Shown here piece by piece: positions 39,855 to 49,140 of a DNA stretch of 64,000 nucleotides (position 1 is its first letter; each line of letters begins with the position of its first letter). The notes beneath the pieces are model-generated. The model did no database searches. It worked only from the letters and a program-made list of their open reading frames with translations, and had not been told where the DNA came from. Source of the DNA: an uncultured delta proteobacterium (GTDB lineage: Bacteria; Myxococcota; Myxococcia; Myxococcales; Myxococcaceae); the NCBI GenBank assembly GCA_963776345.1, contig CAVZMH010000016.1, positions 672,001-736,000 of the forward strand, given 5' to 3'. The translations under genes were made by a program, and so were the position numbers.

Positions 39855-40294
39855 CGGACGACCGCGGTGCCCTTCAGCGCGCGCCGGAGCCCGGCTGCTG
39901 CGCGATCCCCGATCCGTTTGAAGGCGATGCCCAGGAGCGGGTCGAACAGGCCGAGCGGCCCTCGGAGCGTCAGCGTCGCGTCGTAGGTGACGACGGAACC
40001 ACTCGGAGCTGGCTCGACTTCGATCTCGTCCTCGGAGACGAGAAGCGCGGTCTGTGCGACCAGCAGCAGGCGCCTCGGCGGCTGGGACTCCTTCATCTCG
40101 TAGCGCATGACCGTGGTGCTGCCCGCCTCGATCGTCAGGTCGTAGGTCGAGCCAACGCCGATGCCGTCGCCAGCGACGCGAACCACCTTCTTCACTCCGG
40201 GGTCCCACTCGACGAAGCGGGTGACATCGCTCATGTACGCGAAGGCCTCGGCGGCAGACAGGGGCGTCGCGACGGAAGTGCGGTACCGGGCCAT
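39851..40294 (-). CDS. SRPBCC/polyketide cyclase-like lipid-binding protein
   Basis: AFAYMSD..WDPG, GVG..Y, C-terminal helix; AGGAG RBS. Confidence 0.82.
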   Translation of the reverse strand: MARYRTSVATPLSAAEAFAYMSDVTRFVEWDPGVKKVVRVAGDGIGVGSTYDLTIEAGSTTVMRYEMKESQPPRRLLLVAQTALLVSEDEIEVEPAPSGSVVTYDATLTLRGPLGLFDPLLGIAFKRIGDRAAAGLRRALKGTAVVR

Positions 40295-40335
40295 GACTCC
40301 TGACCTATCAGAGCAGACACTTCGCCGCTGAGTGC

Positions 40336-41115
40336 TCAGCGCCCGGGCGGGCGGAGGACGAAGGCCGACGTCCGGCGGACGTAGTCGGCGTAGCCGGGCT
40401 TGGTCGCGGCAAGGTGCGCATCAAGCATCGCCACCCCGGACACCTTGACCAGGAGGTACGTCATGAGGAGTGGCGCCAGGATGCTCGCCCAGCCCAGTGG
40501 CTCGGCCACGGCGCAGAGCCAGAGGCCCCACCACAGCACCGCCTCGCCGAAGTAGTTGGGATGGCGGCTGTAGCGCCATAGCCCGGTATCGAGCACCCCG
40601 CCGCGCCGTGCCGGATCCGTCCGGAACGCTTGCAGCTGGGCGTCGGCGACGACCTCGATCGCGAACCCGGTCAGGAACACCCCCAGACCGGCGAGATGCA
40701 GCGGCGCAATCCGATCGGGCGGCTGCGCGGCTCCGGCGAGCTGGAGCGGGGCGGAGATGAGGACGACCAGCAGGCCCTGGAGCAGGAACACCTGGAAGTA
40801 GCTCACCCACCAGTAGCGAGTCGGCCCGAAGCGCTGACGGAACGCTGCATAGCGCGGGTCCTCCGGCTTGCCCCGGCTGCGCAGCAGAAGGTGCAGCCAG
40901 AGGCGAATGGCCCAGGCCGCCACCATGAGGAGGAGGAGCCCCTTCGCCGGAGTGAGACCGGTCGCGGCGACGGTGTGCCCGGCGACCAGCAGGAACGCCA
41001 TCGACCACCAGGGGTCGACGATGCTGACGTCACGGCGAACCACGCTGACCACCCACAGCGCAGTCATGAGGCCGAGGACGCAGGCCGCGTTCTGCCAGAG
41101 CAGGGTGACCGTCAT
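40336..41115 (-). CDS. DUF1295 family (steroid 5-alpha-reductase-like) membrane protein
   Basis: SIVDPWW, EDPRY, ADAQL, GLWRYSRHPNYFGE, Y.RRTSAF. Confidence 0.92.
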   Translation of the reverse strand: MTVTLLWQNAACVLGLMTALWVVSVVRRDVSIVDPWWSMAFLLVAGHTVAATGLTPAKGLLLLMVAAWAIRLWLHLLLRSRGKPEDPRYAAFRQRFGPTRYWWVSYFQVFLLQGLLVVLISAPLQLAGAAQPPDRIAPLHLAGLGVFLTGFAIEVVADAQLQAFRTDPARRGGVLDTGLWRYSRHPNYFGEAVLWWGLWLCAVAEPLGWASILAPLLMTYLLVKVSGVAMLDAHLAATKPGYADYVRRTSAFVLRPPGR

Positions 41116-42158
41116 GGGGCCCCCTCGATCTGGGCGGAGATCCACCGGTCGACCTCGGACCAGCGTTCGAAGAGCCACCGGTCCCGGCCCGCCTCGGGGA
41201 TCTCCGTCGCGGGAATCCTGCGCAGCCGGACCCGGAGGGTCTTTCCCACCAGCGTTCCCCGCCAGAAGTCGGCGAAGGAGGCGGCTCCCTCGAAGCCGGT
41301 GTGCTCGACGAGGAGAAGGTCGACACCGGGAGCGGCGTCGAGGAGGGCCAGCGGTCCACCCACTCTCGGCGGCAAGACGTTCCGGTAGCCGGCGGCCACC
41401 TCTGCCAGCTCACCCTTCCCCTTCGCCCGCAGCGTCTCCACGGCCGCCAATCGCTTCTCGAGGCTGAAGCGCGTCCCTTCCGGATAGATGAGCACGGCCG
41501 AGCGGGGGTCGAGGTCCCCGGCGAGCCGCGCAATCGCGTCGATCTCCCCCTGGCTGCGGGGGCTCGTGCGATCGATGAACGCGTTCGGCAGGCGCCGGCC
41601 GACGATGTCCAGGCAGGGGTCCCACAGGAGCTCCTGCTTGAGCACGTAGCGGAGCAAGAGCCGGTTCGGATTGGCGACCAGCGCTGCCGCCAGCACGGTG
41701 TCGGCCGTGCTGGAGTGACGAACGAACAGGAGCAGCGGACCCGTCCGGGCGAGCTCCAGCCCTTCGACCTCCACCCGCATCGAGAAGAGACGGGTGGCTC
41801 CCCCGAACAGCGCCGCGGTCCACCGACGCTGCAGGGCCGCGTTGAGATCGACGTAGCGGGGCCGGCCGACCGTCCACCCCCCCAGGGTGACCAGCCACAG
41901 CCCCGCGGCGGCGGCGACGCCCACGAGCTCGCAGCCGAGATACAGCGCGAAGAAGGCCAGCGCCCGCGTTCTCGGCAGGAGTCTCGCCTTCCCGGTGAGC
42001 ACATCCGCAGCCAGCCCACCGAGGACCCACAGGGGGAGCGTCACCGCGGTCAGCGCGCCGAGCAGGGCGTAGGCTGGCAGGGAGATCGCGCGGCGCGACC
42101 AGATGGAGCCTAGGGACTCGTCGCGCCGTCCGGGAGCACGCGGTGCGGCTCCGTTCAT
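41112..42158 (-). CDS. Lysophospholipid acyltransferase (PlsC-like)
   Basis: HSSTAD (HxxxxD), YVLKQEL, FIDR, IYPEGTRF; N-terminal TM segments. Confidence 0.88.
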   Translation of the reverse strand: MNGAAPRAPGRRDESLGSIWSRRAISLPAYALLGALTAVTLPLWVLGGLAADVLTGKARLLPRTRALAFFALYLGCELVGVAAAAGLWLVTLGGWTVGRPRYVDLNAALQRRWTAALFGGATRLFSMRVEVEGLELARTGPLLLFVRHSSTADTVLAAALVANPNRLLLRYVLKQELLWDPCLDIVGRRLPNAFIDRTSPRSQGEIDAIARLAGDLDPRSAVLIYPEGTRFSLEKRLAAVETLRAKGKGELAEVAAGYRNVLPPRVGGPLALLDAAPGVDLLLVEHTGFEGAASFADFWRGTLVGKTLRVRLRRIPATEIPEAGRDRWLFERWSEVDRWISAQIEGAP

Positions 42159-42553
42159 CCCCGCGTGCCCGCGCGAACCGCGTCGTACACCCACTTGCCG
42201 ACGAAGGCCGCGACGGCGGTCAGGATCACCCCCCAGACGAGGTCCACGGGCACGAGCGCCGCTGGCCAGTCACGGAGCACCGCCCAGTTGGTGAGCTCGT
42301 AGGTCCCGTAGGCGACCAGGCCCAGCGCTGCGCCCCGCCGGGCCGCGCCGGCCGGAGTGACCGCGCCGAGGACGGCATGGATCAGGATGGCAGCGAGGTA
42401 GAGCGCGTAGAACAGCCCCGCCGCGGGAAGGAGGACCTCGGGACGCTTGAGCGGCGCGAGCGCCGAGTCGTAGAGCCCGCGCGCGACCACCCCCAGCCAC
42501 GTCAGATCCAGCGCCAGCATCGTCGCGGCGGTGGCGACAGCGGCCGCTGCCAC
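42155..42553 (-). CDS. DUF2177 family membrane protein
   Basis: LDLTWLG, AYGTYELTN.A.LRDWP, VDLVWG; start uncertain. Confidence 0.85.
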   Translation of the reverse strand: MAAAAVATAATMLALDLTWLGVVARGLYDSALAPLKRPEVLLPAAGLFYALYLAAILIHAVLGAVTPAGAARRGAALGLVAYGTYELTNWAVLRDWPAALVPVDLVWGVILTAVAAFVGKWVYDAVRAGTRG

Positions 42554-42634
42554 CGCGACGGAACGACCCGAAGTCCCCTGGCTCTCCCTGGTAGGCGTTC
42601 CCCGACAGTAGCCCGCCCTGCCCGTGCGGCAACG

Positions 42635-43612
42635 CTAGATCGAGTCGCCAGGACCACCGGTCGAAGGCGTCGACGGCAACGTCGTCGTCGGTCCGGGCGA
42701 CGCGACCACCGATGCGACCGGCGCTGGCTCCGGCCGAGCCCTCCAGGGCGGCGGGGTGAGCTTCCCCTCGACGATCACCCGCCAGAGGTAGAAGGTCGCC
42801 GCCAGGAAGACGAACGGCTGCAAGGCCGTGCTCGCCTCGGGTCCGAAGCGTCCGCCGGTCCAGAACTCGGGGCCGGCGATCCCCGCATGCACGAGGGCGG
42901 GGAGCTGCAATCCCGAGATGGGCAGCCCCAGCACGACGCCCATCGTGGTGTTCCAGGCAAAGTGGAAGCCGATCGGGACCCAGAGGCTGCGGTAACGGAG
43001 GTAGCAGGCGGCGAGAAAGACACCGCCGACGGCGATGGCGGCGACGGCCAGCGGCGTGGCGCCCGGGTTCGTGGCGTGGGAGACGCCGAAGAATACGCCG
43101 CTGATCGCCATGGCCCACCCGCTCCCCACGCCCTGGTCGAGCGTGCGGAAGGCGAGCCCCCGGTAGCGCAGCTCCTCCTCGAATCCGACGAGCAGGAGCA
43201 CCGCGGCGAGAGCCACCGCCTCGACGAGGCTGGCGCTGCCCGGCAGGGAGAAGACGTACATTCCGGCGGCGGCGAGCGCGGCGCCGTGCAGGGCGATGGG
43301 ACCAGCGCCGAGCGCGAGGCCCTCCGAGAAGCGGCGGACGAAGCCGGTCCGCCCGAAGAGCCCGCTCTCACGCAGCGTGGAGCCCTCCATCCAACGCAGG
43401 AGGGCGAGCAGCACGACGACGTCGAAGACGGCCACCAGGACGCGCCACTCGATGGCCTGTTCGATCTTCCCTCCGGGGAGCCGCGCCATCCGGTCCAGGA
43501 GGAAACCGAACAGCCGCGGCAGCCCCACCGCCACCCCGACGCGCCAGGGCCAAAAGCGCGGGGAGAGGGGTCCGTTGGCCATGGATGGCCTACGGGCGCC
43601 GACGGTCACCAT
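42635..43612 (-). CDS. CPBP/CAAX (Abi) intramembrane metalloprotease
   Basis: EEELRYRG, FGVSH, HFAWN, GG.FGPEAS; alternative start at 43582. Confidence 0.88.
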   Translation of the reverse strand: MVTVGARRPSMANGPLSPRFWPWRVGVAVGLPRLFGFLLDRMARLPGGKIEQAIEWRVLVAVFDVVVLLALLRWMEGSTLRESGLFGRTGFVRRFSEGLALGAGPIALHGAALAAAGMYVFSLPGSASLVEAVALAAVLLLVGFEEELRYRGLAFRTLDQGVGSGWAMAISGVFFGVSHATNPGATPLAVAAIAVGGVFLAACYLRYRSLWVPIGFHFAWNTTMGVVLGLPISGLQLPALVHAGIAGPEFWTGGRFGPEASTALQPFVFLAATFYLWRVIVEGKLTPPPWRARPEPAPVASVVASPGPTTTLPSTPSTGGPGDSI

Positions 43613-43636
43613 TTCGCCGTCGCCCGTCTGGCGCTG

Positions 43637-43682
43637 CCTATCGAAAATAGGATGATAGCCTCATCTTCCTATTGAATACTCA
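43637..43682. promoter_or_regulatory. Putative Lrp/AsnC binding sites in divergent promoter
   Basis: Palindrome CCTAT-CGAAA-ATAGG (43637-43651) and related CCTAT-TGAAT-ACTCA 31 bp later. Confidence 0.5.
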
Positions 43683-43708
43683 TCTGAAGGCTGCATGATG
43701 TCGTTTCG

Positions 43709-44173
43709 ATGGACGACATCGACGCCGGCATCGTGGACCTCCTTCAGGCGGACGCGCGGCTCACCCAGGCGCAGATCGCCAAGAAGGTCGGCCTCTCGCA
43801 GCCCTCGGTGGCTGACCGCATCCGCAAGCTCGAGGAGCAGCGGATCATCACCGGCTACACGGCGAAGGTGGACCCCCGGAAGCTCGGCAAGGACATCACC
43901 GCCTTCATCGGCGTGGGCATCGAGCACCCGAGGTACTTCGACGCCTTCGCCAAGAAGGTGATGGGGCTCGAGGAGGTCCTGGAGTGCCACCGGGTGGCTG
44001 GCCAGGACAGCTACCTGCTCAAGGTGCGCACCGAGAACACCGGCACGCTCGACCTCCTCCTGACGGAGGAGCTGCGCACGCTGCCCGGAGTCACCCGGAC
44101 CCACACCACCATCGTCCTCTGCTCGGTGAAGGAGGAGACCCACGTGGCACCGAAGAAGGAGCCAGCGCCATGA
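43709..44173 (+). CDS. Lrp/AsnC family transcriptional regulator
   Basis: MDDID..I..LLQADAR, VGLSQPSV..RI.KLEE, ECHRVAG.DSYLLKV. Confidence 0.95.
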   Translation: MDDIDAGIVDLLQADARLTQAQIAKKVGLSQPSVADRIRKLEEQRIITGYTAKVDPRKLGKDITAFIGVGIEHPRYFDAFAKKVMGLEEVLECHRVAGQDSYLLKVRTENTGTLDLLLTEELRTLPGVTRTHTTIVLCSVKEETHVAPKKEPAP

Positions 44174-45549
44174 CGATCCGGACGGCGAGGCGGATGCAGG
44201 GCGTGGTGCCCTCGGCGGTCCGGGAGATCCTCAAGGTGGCGGAGCGGCCCGACGTTCTGTCGTTCGCCGGGGGCCTGCCGGCGCCGGAGCTCTTCCCCGC
44301 CCGGGAGCTGAGCCAAGCGTTCCAGGCGGTGCTGCGGGAGAACCCCGGCGCCGCGTTGCAGTACGGCATCACCGAGGGGTTCCTGCCGCTGCGTGAGTGG
44401 CTGGCGGCACGACTGCGCGCCCAGGGTATTCCGGCTGCGGCGGAGAACCTGGTGGTGGTGAGCGGCAGCCAGCAGGGCATCGACCTGGTGGCCCGCGTCC
44501 TGCTCGACCCGGGCGACACGGTGCTGGTCGAGAACCCCACCTACCTCGCCGCGCTGCAGGCGTTCGCTGCCTGCGAGGTCAATGTCGTCGCGTTGCCGGG
44601 CGACGCCGATGGCCTCCGCACCGAGCTGCTCGAGGAGGCCGTGCGCGAGCACCGGCCCGCGCTCATCTACCTGGTGCCGGAGTTCCAGAACCCGAGGGGC
44701 ACGACGCTCGCCGAGGACCGCCGCCGCGAGCTCGCCGTGGTGGCCGCGCGTCACGGCGTCCCGGTGCTCGAGGACGATCCCTATGGCGCCCTGCGCTTCC
44801 GCGGGGTGCCCTCCACGCCCATCGCGGCGCTCGCCGACGGCCTCACCTTCTACCTCGGCACGTTCTCCAAGACTCTCGCGCCCGGGTTGCGCCTCGGCTG
44901 GATCCACGGGCCAGCGGCCTTGATGCGCACCATCACCATCGCCAAGCAGGCCTGCGACCTGCACACGGCCACCCTCACCCAGCACGCGGTGGCCGAGCTG
45001 CTGAAGACCTTCGACTACGACGCCCATCTGTCGCGTCTCCGCGCGGCGTACCGCGAGCGCTGCGAGGCAATGCTGCGCGCGCTGGAACACAGCATGCCCG
45101 CCGGCACGCGCTGGTCCACGCCCGACGGCGGCCTCTTCCTCTGGCTCGAGCTGCCCCCGGGGATGCGCGACGACGAGGTGTTCCGCGCGGCCATCGAGCA
45201 CGCGGTGGCAGTGGTTCCCGGCAGCGGCTTCTTCGTCGGCTCGCCGGAACACGGCTTTCTCCGGCTCAACTTCTCGAACCAGAGCGTGGCAAACATCGAG
45301 CTCGGCATGGACCGGCTCGGGCAGACCATGGCCGAGCTGCGCCCCACCTCCGCTCGGCGCCCGGCGATCGGGCTCAGTCCCCCGCCCCAGGGGGACGCCG
45401 CGGAAGCGCGCAGGGGCGCGCCGGCGATCGGGCTCAGTCCCCCGCCCCAGGGGGACGCCGCGGAAGCGCGCAGGGGCGCGCCGGCGATCGGGCTCAGTAG
45501 GCGTTCCGCGACAGGAACCCGCCCAGCGCAGTCCGGACCAGAATCTTGA
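44170..45549 (+). CDS. PLP-dependent aminotransferase class I (LysN/ARO8-like) with repeat-derived C-terminal extension
   Basis: SFAGGLP, GSQQGID, FQNP.G, EDDPY, GTFSKTLAPGLRLGW, RLNFS; ATGA overlap with Lrp gene. Confidence 0.9.
   Translation: MTIRTARRMQGVVPSAVREILKVAERPDVLSFAGGLPAPELFPARELSQAFQAVLRENPGAALQYGITEGFLPLREWLAARLRAQGIPAAAENLVVVSGSQQGIDLVARVLLDPGDTVLVENPTYLAALQAFAACEVNVVALPGDADGLRTELLEEAVREHRPALIYLVPEFQNPRGTTLAEDRRRELAVVAARHGVPVLEDDPYGALRFRGVPSTPIAALADGLTFYLGTFSKTLAPGLRLGWIHGPAALMRTITIAKQACDLHTATLTQHAVAELLKTFDYDAHLSRLRAAYRERCEAMLRALEHSMPAGTRWSTPDGGLFLWLELPPGMRDDEVFRAAIEHAVAVVPGSGFFVGSPEHGFLRLNFSNQSVANIELGMDRLGQTMAELRPTSARRPAIGLSPPPQGDAAEARRGAPAIGLSPPPQGDAAEARRGAPAIGLSRRSATGTRPAQSGPES
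45361..45498. repeat. Perfect 60-bp tandem repeat, 2.3 copies, with internal hairpins
   Basis: 45361-45420 identical to 45421-45480; first 18 bp repeated at 45481-45498. Confidence 0.97.
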
Positions 45550-46879
45550 GGTCCAGCAAGAGCGACCAGTTCTCGATGTAATAGAGGTCGTACTCGATCC
45601 GCTTCTGGATGGACGTCTGTCCGCGGAGCCCGTTGATCTGCGCCCAGCCGGTGATGCCCGCCTTCACCTTGTGGCGCAGGTGGTACTTGGGGATCTGCCG
45701 CTTGAACTCCTCGATGAACACCGGCCGCTCCGGGCGCGGGCCGACCAGGCTCATGTCCCCCCGCAGCACGTTGAACAGCTGCGGCAGCTCGTCGAGCGAC
45801 GTCCGGCGGAGGAAGGCGCCCAGGGGCGTCCGGCGGTCGTCACCCGCGGTGGCCATCCGCGCGCCCGCATGCTCGGCGTCCACCCGCATGGTGCGGAACT
45901 TGAGGATGTGGAAGACGGCTCCGTCCATCCCCATCCGCTCCTGACGGTAGAGGACCGGCCCGGGGCTGGTCAGCTTCACCACCAGCGCCACCACCAGCAT
46001 CACCGGCGAGATCAGGAGCAACGCCAGCGCCGAGAACAGGAAGTCGAAGGCGCGCTTGGCCACCAGGTTCCAGCCCTCCAGCGGCCCGCCCTGGAGGCTG
46101 ACGATGGGCAGCCCGCCGAACTCCTCGAGCCCACCGTAGAGCGTGACGTACTGGAAGAGGTCGGGGACGATCTTCACGTCCACGGTCTGCAGCGCCAGCC
46201 GCTCCATCAGCGACTTCATCAGCGGCATGTCCTCGGAGGGCAGCGCGAGGATCACCTGGTCCACCGGGTGCTCGCGCAGCACGCGGTTCAGCTCGTCGGT
46301 GGTCCCGATCACCGGCACGCCCCGCACCGTGGTCCCGGGCAGCAGCAGGTCGCGGGAGAGCACCCCGGTCACCCGGAAGCCCAGCTCGCGGTGGTGCTCG
46401 ATGGTCTCCACCACCCGCTCGCCCAGCTCGCCCGCGCCCACCAGGAGGATGGACTTGAGGTTCAGGCCGCGTCGGCGCAGGGACTCGAGCCACATCCGGA
46501 ACCCGACGCGGGTCGTGGCGACCAGGAAGAACGAGTAGCCGGCGAAGATGGCCAGGGTGAGCCGGGAATAGCGTTCGCGCCCGAAGTAGGTCAGCGCCAC
46601 CAGCACCAGGCTCCCGGTGATGGTGGCCTTGAAGAGCTCGAAGACCTCTTCCAGGTGGGTCCGCACCCGGTTGGTGGCGTAGAGGCGTGATTGCCGGTAC
46701 GCGACCGGGAAGAGCACCAGCACCAGAGCGAGCGTGACCAGCGTCTCGCGCACCGGTGGCCGCGGCGCGGTCAGCGCGTCGAAGCGGGTCAGGTAGGCGA
46801 GGACGAAGGCGATCGTGAGCACCGCCACGTCGATGGCGACCTTGATCGATGTCCAGAACCGCTGCAGCCGGTTGAACAC
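45494..46879 (-). CDS. Undecaprenyl-phosphate hexose-1-phosphate transferase (WcaJ/WbaP family)
   Basis: KRAFD, KFRTM, LRRTSLDELPQL.NVL.GDMSLVGPRPE, GITGWAQ, DLYYIENWS; GTG start inferred. Confidence 0.93.
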   Translation of the reverse strand: MFNRLQRFWTSIKVAIDVAVLTIAFVLAYLTRFDALTAPRPPVRETLVTLALVLVLFPVAYRQSRLYATNRVRTHLEEVFELFKATITGSLVLVALTYFGRERYSRLTLAIFAGYSFFLVATTRVGFRMWLESLRRRGLNLKSILLVGAGELGERVVETIEHHRELGFRVTGVLSRDLLLPGTTVRGVPVIGTTDELNRVLREHPVDQVILALPSEDMPLMKSLMERLALQTVDVKIVPDLFQYVTLYGGLEEFGGLPIVSLQGGPLEGWNLVAKRAFDFLFSALALLLISPVMLVVALVVKLTSPGPVLYRQERMGMDGAVFHILKFRTMRVDAEHAGARMATAGDDRRTPLGAFLRRTSLDELPQLFNVLRGDMSLVGPRPERPVFIEEFKRQIPKYHLRHKVKAGITGWAQINGLRGQTSIQKRIEYDLYYIENWSLLLDLKILVRTALGGFLSRNAY

Positions 46880-46889
46880 GCGCCTTGCA

Positions 46890-48025
46890 CTACCACGGAA
46901 GTCGGCCCTGGAGGTCGGGACGGCCGGCCAGCAGCGCCTCCACCCGGGCCCGGAAGGCCGCCCGGAAGCGCTCCTCGGAGAAGAGCTCGGCCCGCGCCCT
47001 CGCCCGGGCCGGGTCGAAGCTGCGCTCGAAGGCCTCGAACCGGGCGAGCGCCTCGACCAGCGCCTCCACCGTCGGCTGCTCGAAGAGCAGGCCAGTCTCC
47101 GGGGTGAGGGTCTCCAGCGCCCCCCCGCGGGCGAGCGCGATGACCGGACGCCCCGAGGCCAGCGCCTCCAGCGGAGCGATGCCGAAGTCCTCTTCCCCGG
47201 GGAAGACCAGGGCCCGCGCGCCCCGGTACAGGGCGGGCACCTCGGCGTCGGGCACCTTCCCCAGCCAGCGCACGTTGGGAGGCAGGTCCGAGCGGAGGAG
47301 GCGCGCGTCCTGCCCGTCGCCGGCGATCCACAGCACGTGCCCCGTGCGGCGGAACGCCTCCACCGCCAGGTCCACCCGCTTGTAGGGCGCGAGCGCCCCG
47401 AGCCAGAGGAAGTAGCCGCCGGGGGCTGCCCCGCCGCCGGCGGCTGCATCCCGAAGCGCCCGAGGTCCACTGGCGGGTGGATGACCTCCGCCTCGCGGCC
47501 CCAGAACCGGGCGATGCGCCGGGCCACGTGGTGACTGTTGGCCACCAGCGCGTCGGGATCGGCCGCGGTGCGGCGGTCCCAGGCCTGGAGCGCGGGGCGC
47601 GCGGCCGCCGCCGCCAGCCGCACCGGCAGGCTCGCCCGCCCCGGACCGAAGTAGGCGTCGAACTGGTCCCACATGTAGCGCATCGGCGAGTGCACGTAGG
47701 CCAGGTGCGGGGTCCCCGGCGGCACCCGCGCGCCCTTGGCCACGCAGTGGCTGGAGGAGACGACCAGGTCGAAGCCCCGGAGGTCGAGGACGCGCAGCGC
47801 CGCCGGCATCAGGGGCAGCGCCGCGCGATAGCGGCGCTCGATGCCGGGCAGGTGCTGCAGCGGGGAGGTGTGGATGGGCCGGGACTCGACGTCCGGCCCC
47901 ACGCTCCCCGGCACGTGCAGGAGGGTGAAGATCTCCGAGCCGGGAAAGAGCCGGACCAGCTGCGCGAGCACCAGCTCTCCGCCGCGGCGCCCGGTGAGCC
48001 AGTCATGGACGAGAGCGACGCGCAT
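46890..48025 (-). pseudogene. GT4 glycosyltransferase with apparent 1-nt frameshift near 47425 (probably homopolymer error)
   Basis: VALVHDWL...GGE, SSSHCVAKG, HSPMRY.WD in one frame; LAPYKRVD, EDFGIAPLEA.ASG in another. Confidence 0.85.
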
Positions 48026-48072
48026 CGCGGGGCGTTCGGCCGGTCGGTGTAGCATGCCGCAGCCGCGACTCC

Positions 48073-49140
48073 ATGGCCCCCCGGGTGCTGATCGATCTTC
48101 GGATGGTGTCCGGCCGGCTGCACGGCATCGCCCGGTACGCGCTGGAGCTCGCCCGGGTGCTTCCCTCCCTCGCGCCCGACCTGGCCTTCGAGGGCCTGGG
48201 GCCGCCGGGCGGGCTGCCCGAGCTGGGTCCGCTCGCCCCCGCGTTCCCGGTGCACGCCGCGTCCGCGGGATTCCTCTCGCCGCTGGAGCAGCCGGCCCTC
48301 GCCGCGGCGCTCCGGAGGCTCGACCCGGCGCTCTTCCACGCCACGTCCTTCTCCGTGCCTCTGCTCTGGCGTGGGCCGCTGGTCGCCACGCTGCACGACG
48401 CGGCGCACCTGGCCCGCAGCGCCGAGTTCGGCCGGCTCACCGCCATCTACTACCGGGTGGTGGTGCGACCGACGGTGCGCCGCGCCCGGGCGCTGCTCAC
48501 GGTCTCCGAGTTCGCGCGGGGTGAGCTCGCGAGCCGCCTCGGCGTCCCGCAGTCGCGCTGGACCGTCGTCCCGCCCGGGGTCGACGCCCGATTCCGGCCG
48601 CCCACGGCGGAGGAGCGACTGCAAATCAGGGCGCGCCTCGACCTCCCGCCGCGGTATCTCCTAGCGGTGGGCAACCCCAAGCCGCACAAGAACCTCGCGC
48701 TCCTCGCACGCATCGCCGCCCGGCTCCCGGTGCCGCTGGTGCTGCTCGCCGGCGAAGGCGCGGGGCGCGTCTTCCCCAGGCCGACCCGCGTCCTGGCCGA
48801 GGTGGACGAGTCGCACCTCCCGGCGCTCTACGGCAGCGCCGAGGCGCTCCTCCTCCCCTCGCGGCACGAGGGCTTCGGCCTCCCTGCCCTCGAGGCGATG
48901 GCCACCGGCACGCCGGTCCTCGCCGCCAGCGCCGGCGCGCTCCCCGAGGTGACCGGGGGCGCCGCGGAGCTGCTCGACCCCGACGAGCCGGAGGCGTGGA
49001 TCGCCGCCAGCAACGCCCTGGTCGCCGACCCGCTCCTGCGCGCCCGCTGGGCCTCCGCCGGCCGCGAGCGCGCCCGCGCCTTCACCTGGGAGCGCTGCGC
49101 CCGCCAGACCCTCGCGGTGTATCGCTCGGCGCTGGACTGA
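48073..49140 (+). CDS. GT4 family glycosyltransferase
   Basis: GIARY, TLHD, TVSEF, PHKNL, EGFGLPALEAMA.G, FTWERCA. Confidence 0.93.
   Translation: MAPRVLIDLRMVSGRLHGIARYALELARVLPSLAPDLAFEGLGPPGGLPELGPLAPAFPVHAASAGFLSPLEQPALAAALRRLDPALFHATSFSVPLLWRGPLVATLHDAAHLARSAEFGRLTAIYYRVVVRPTVRRARALLTVSEFARGELASRLGVPQSRWTVVPPGVDARFRPPTAEERLQIRARLDLPPRYLLAVGNPKPHKNLALLARIAARLPVPLVLLAGEGAGRVFPRPTRVLAEVDESHLPALYGSAEALLLPSRHEGFGLPALEAMATGTPVLAASAGALPEVTGGAAELLDPDEPEAWIAASNALVADPLLRARWASAGRERARAFTWERCARQTLAVYRSALD

Noticed and set aside
45361..45498. Repeat-spacer pattern as a mini CRISPR array
   Set aside because: Spacers are identical, repeat only 18 bp, no cas genes
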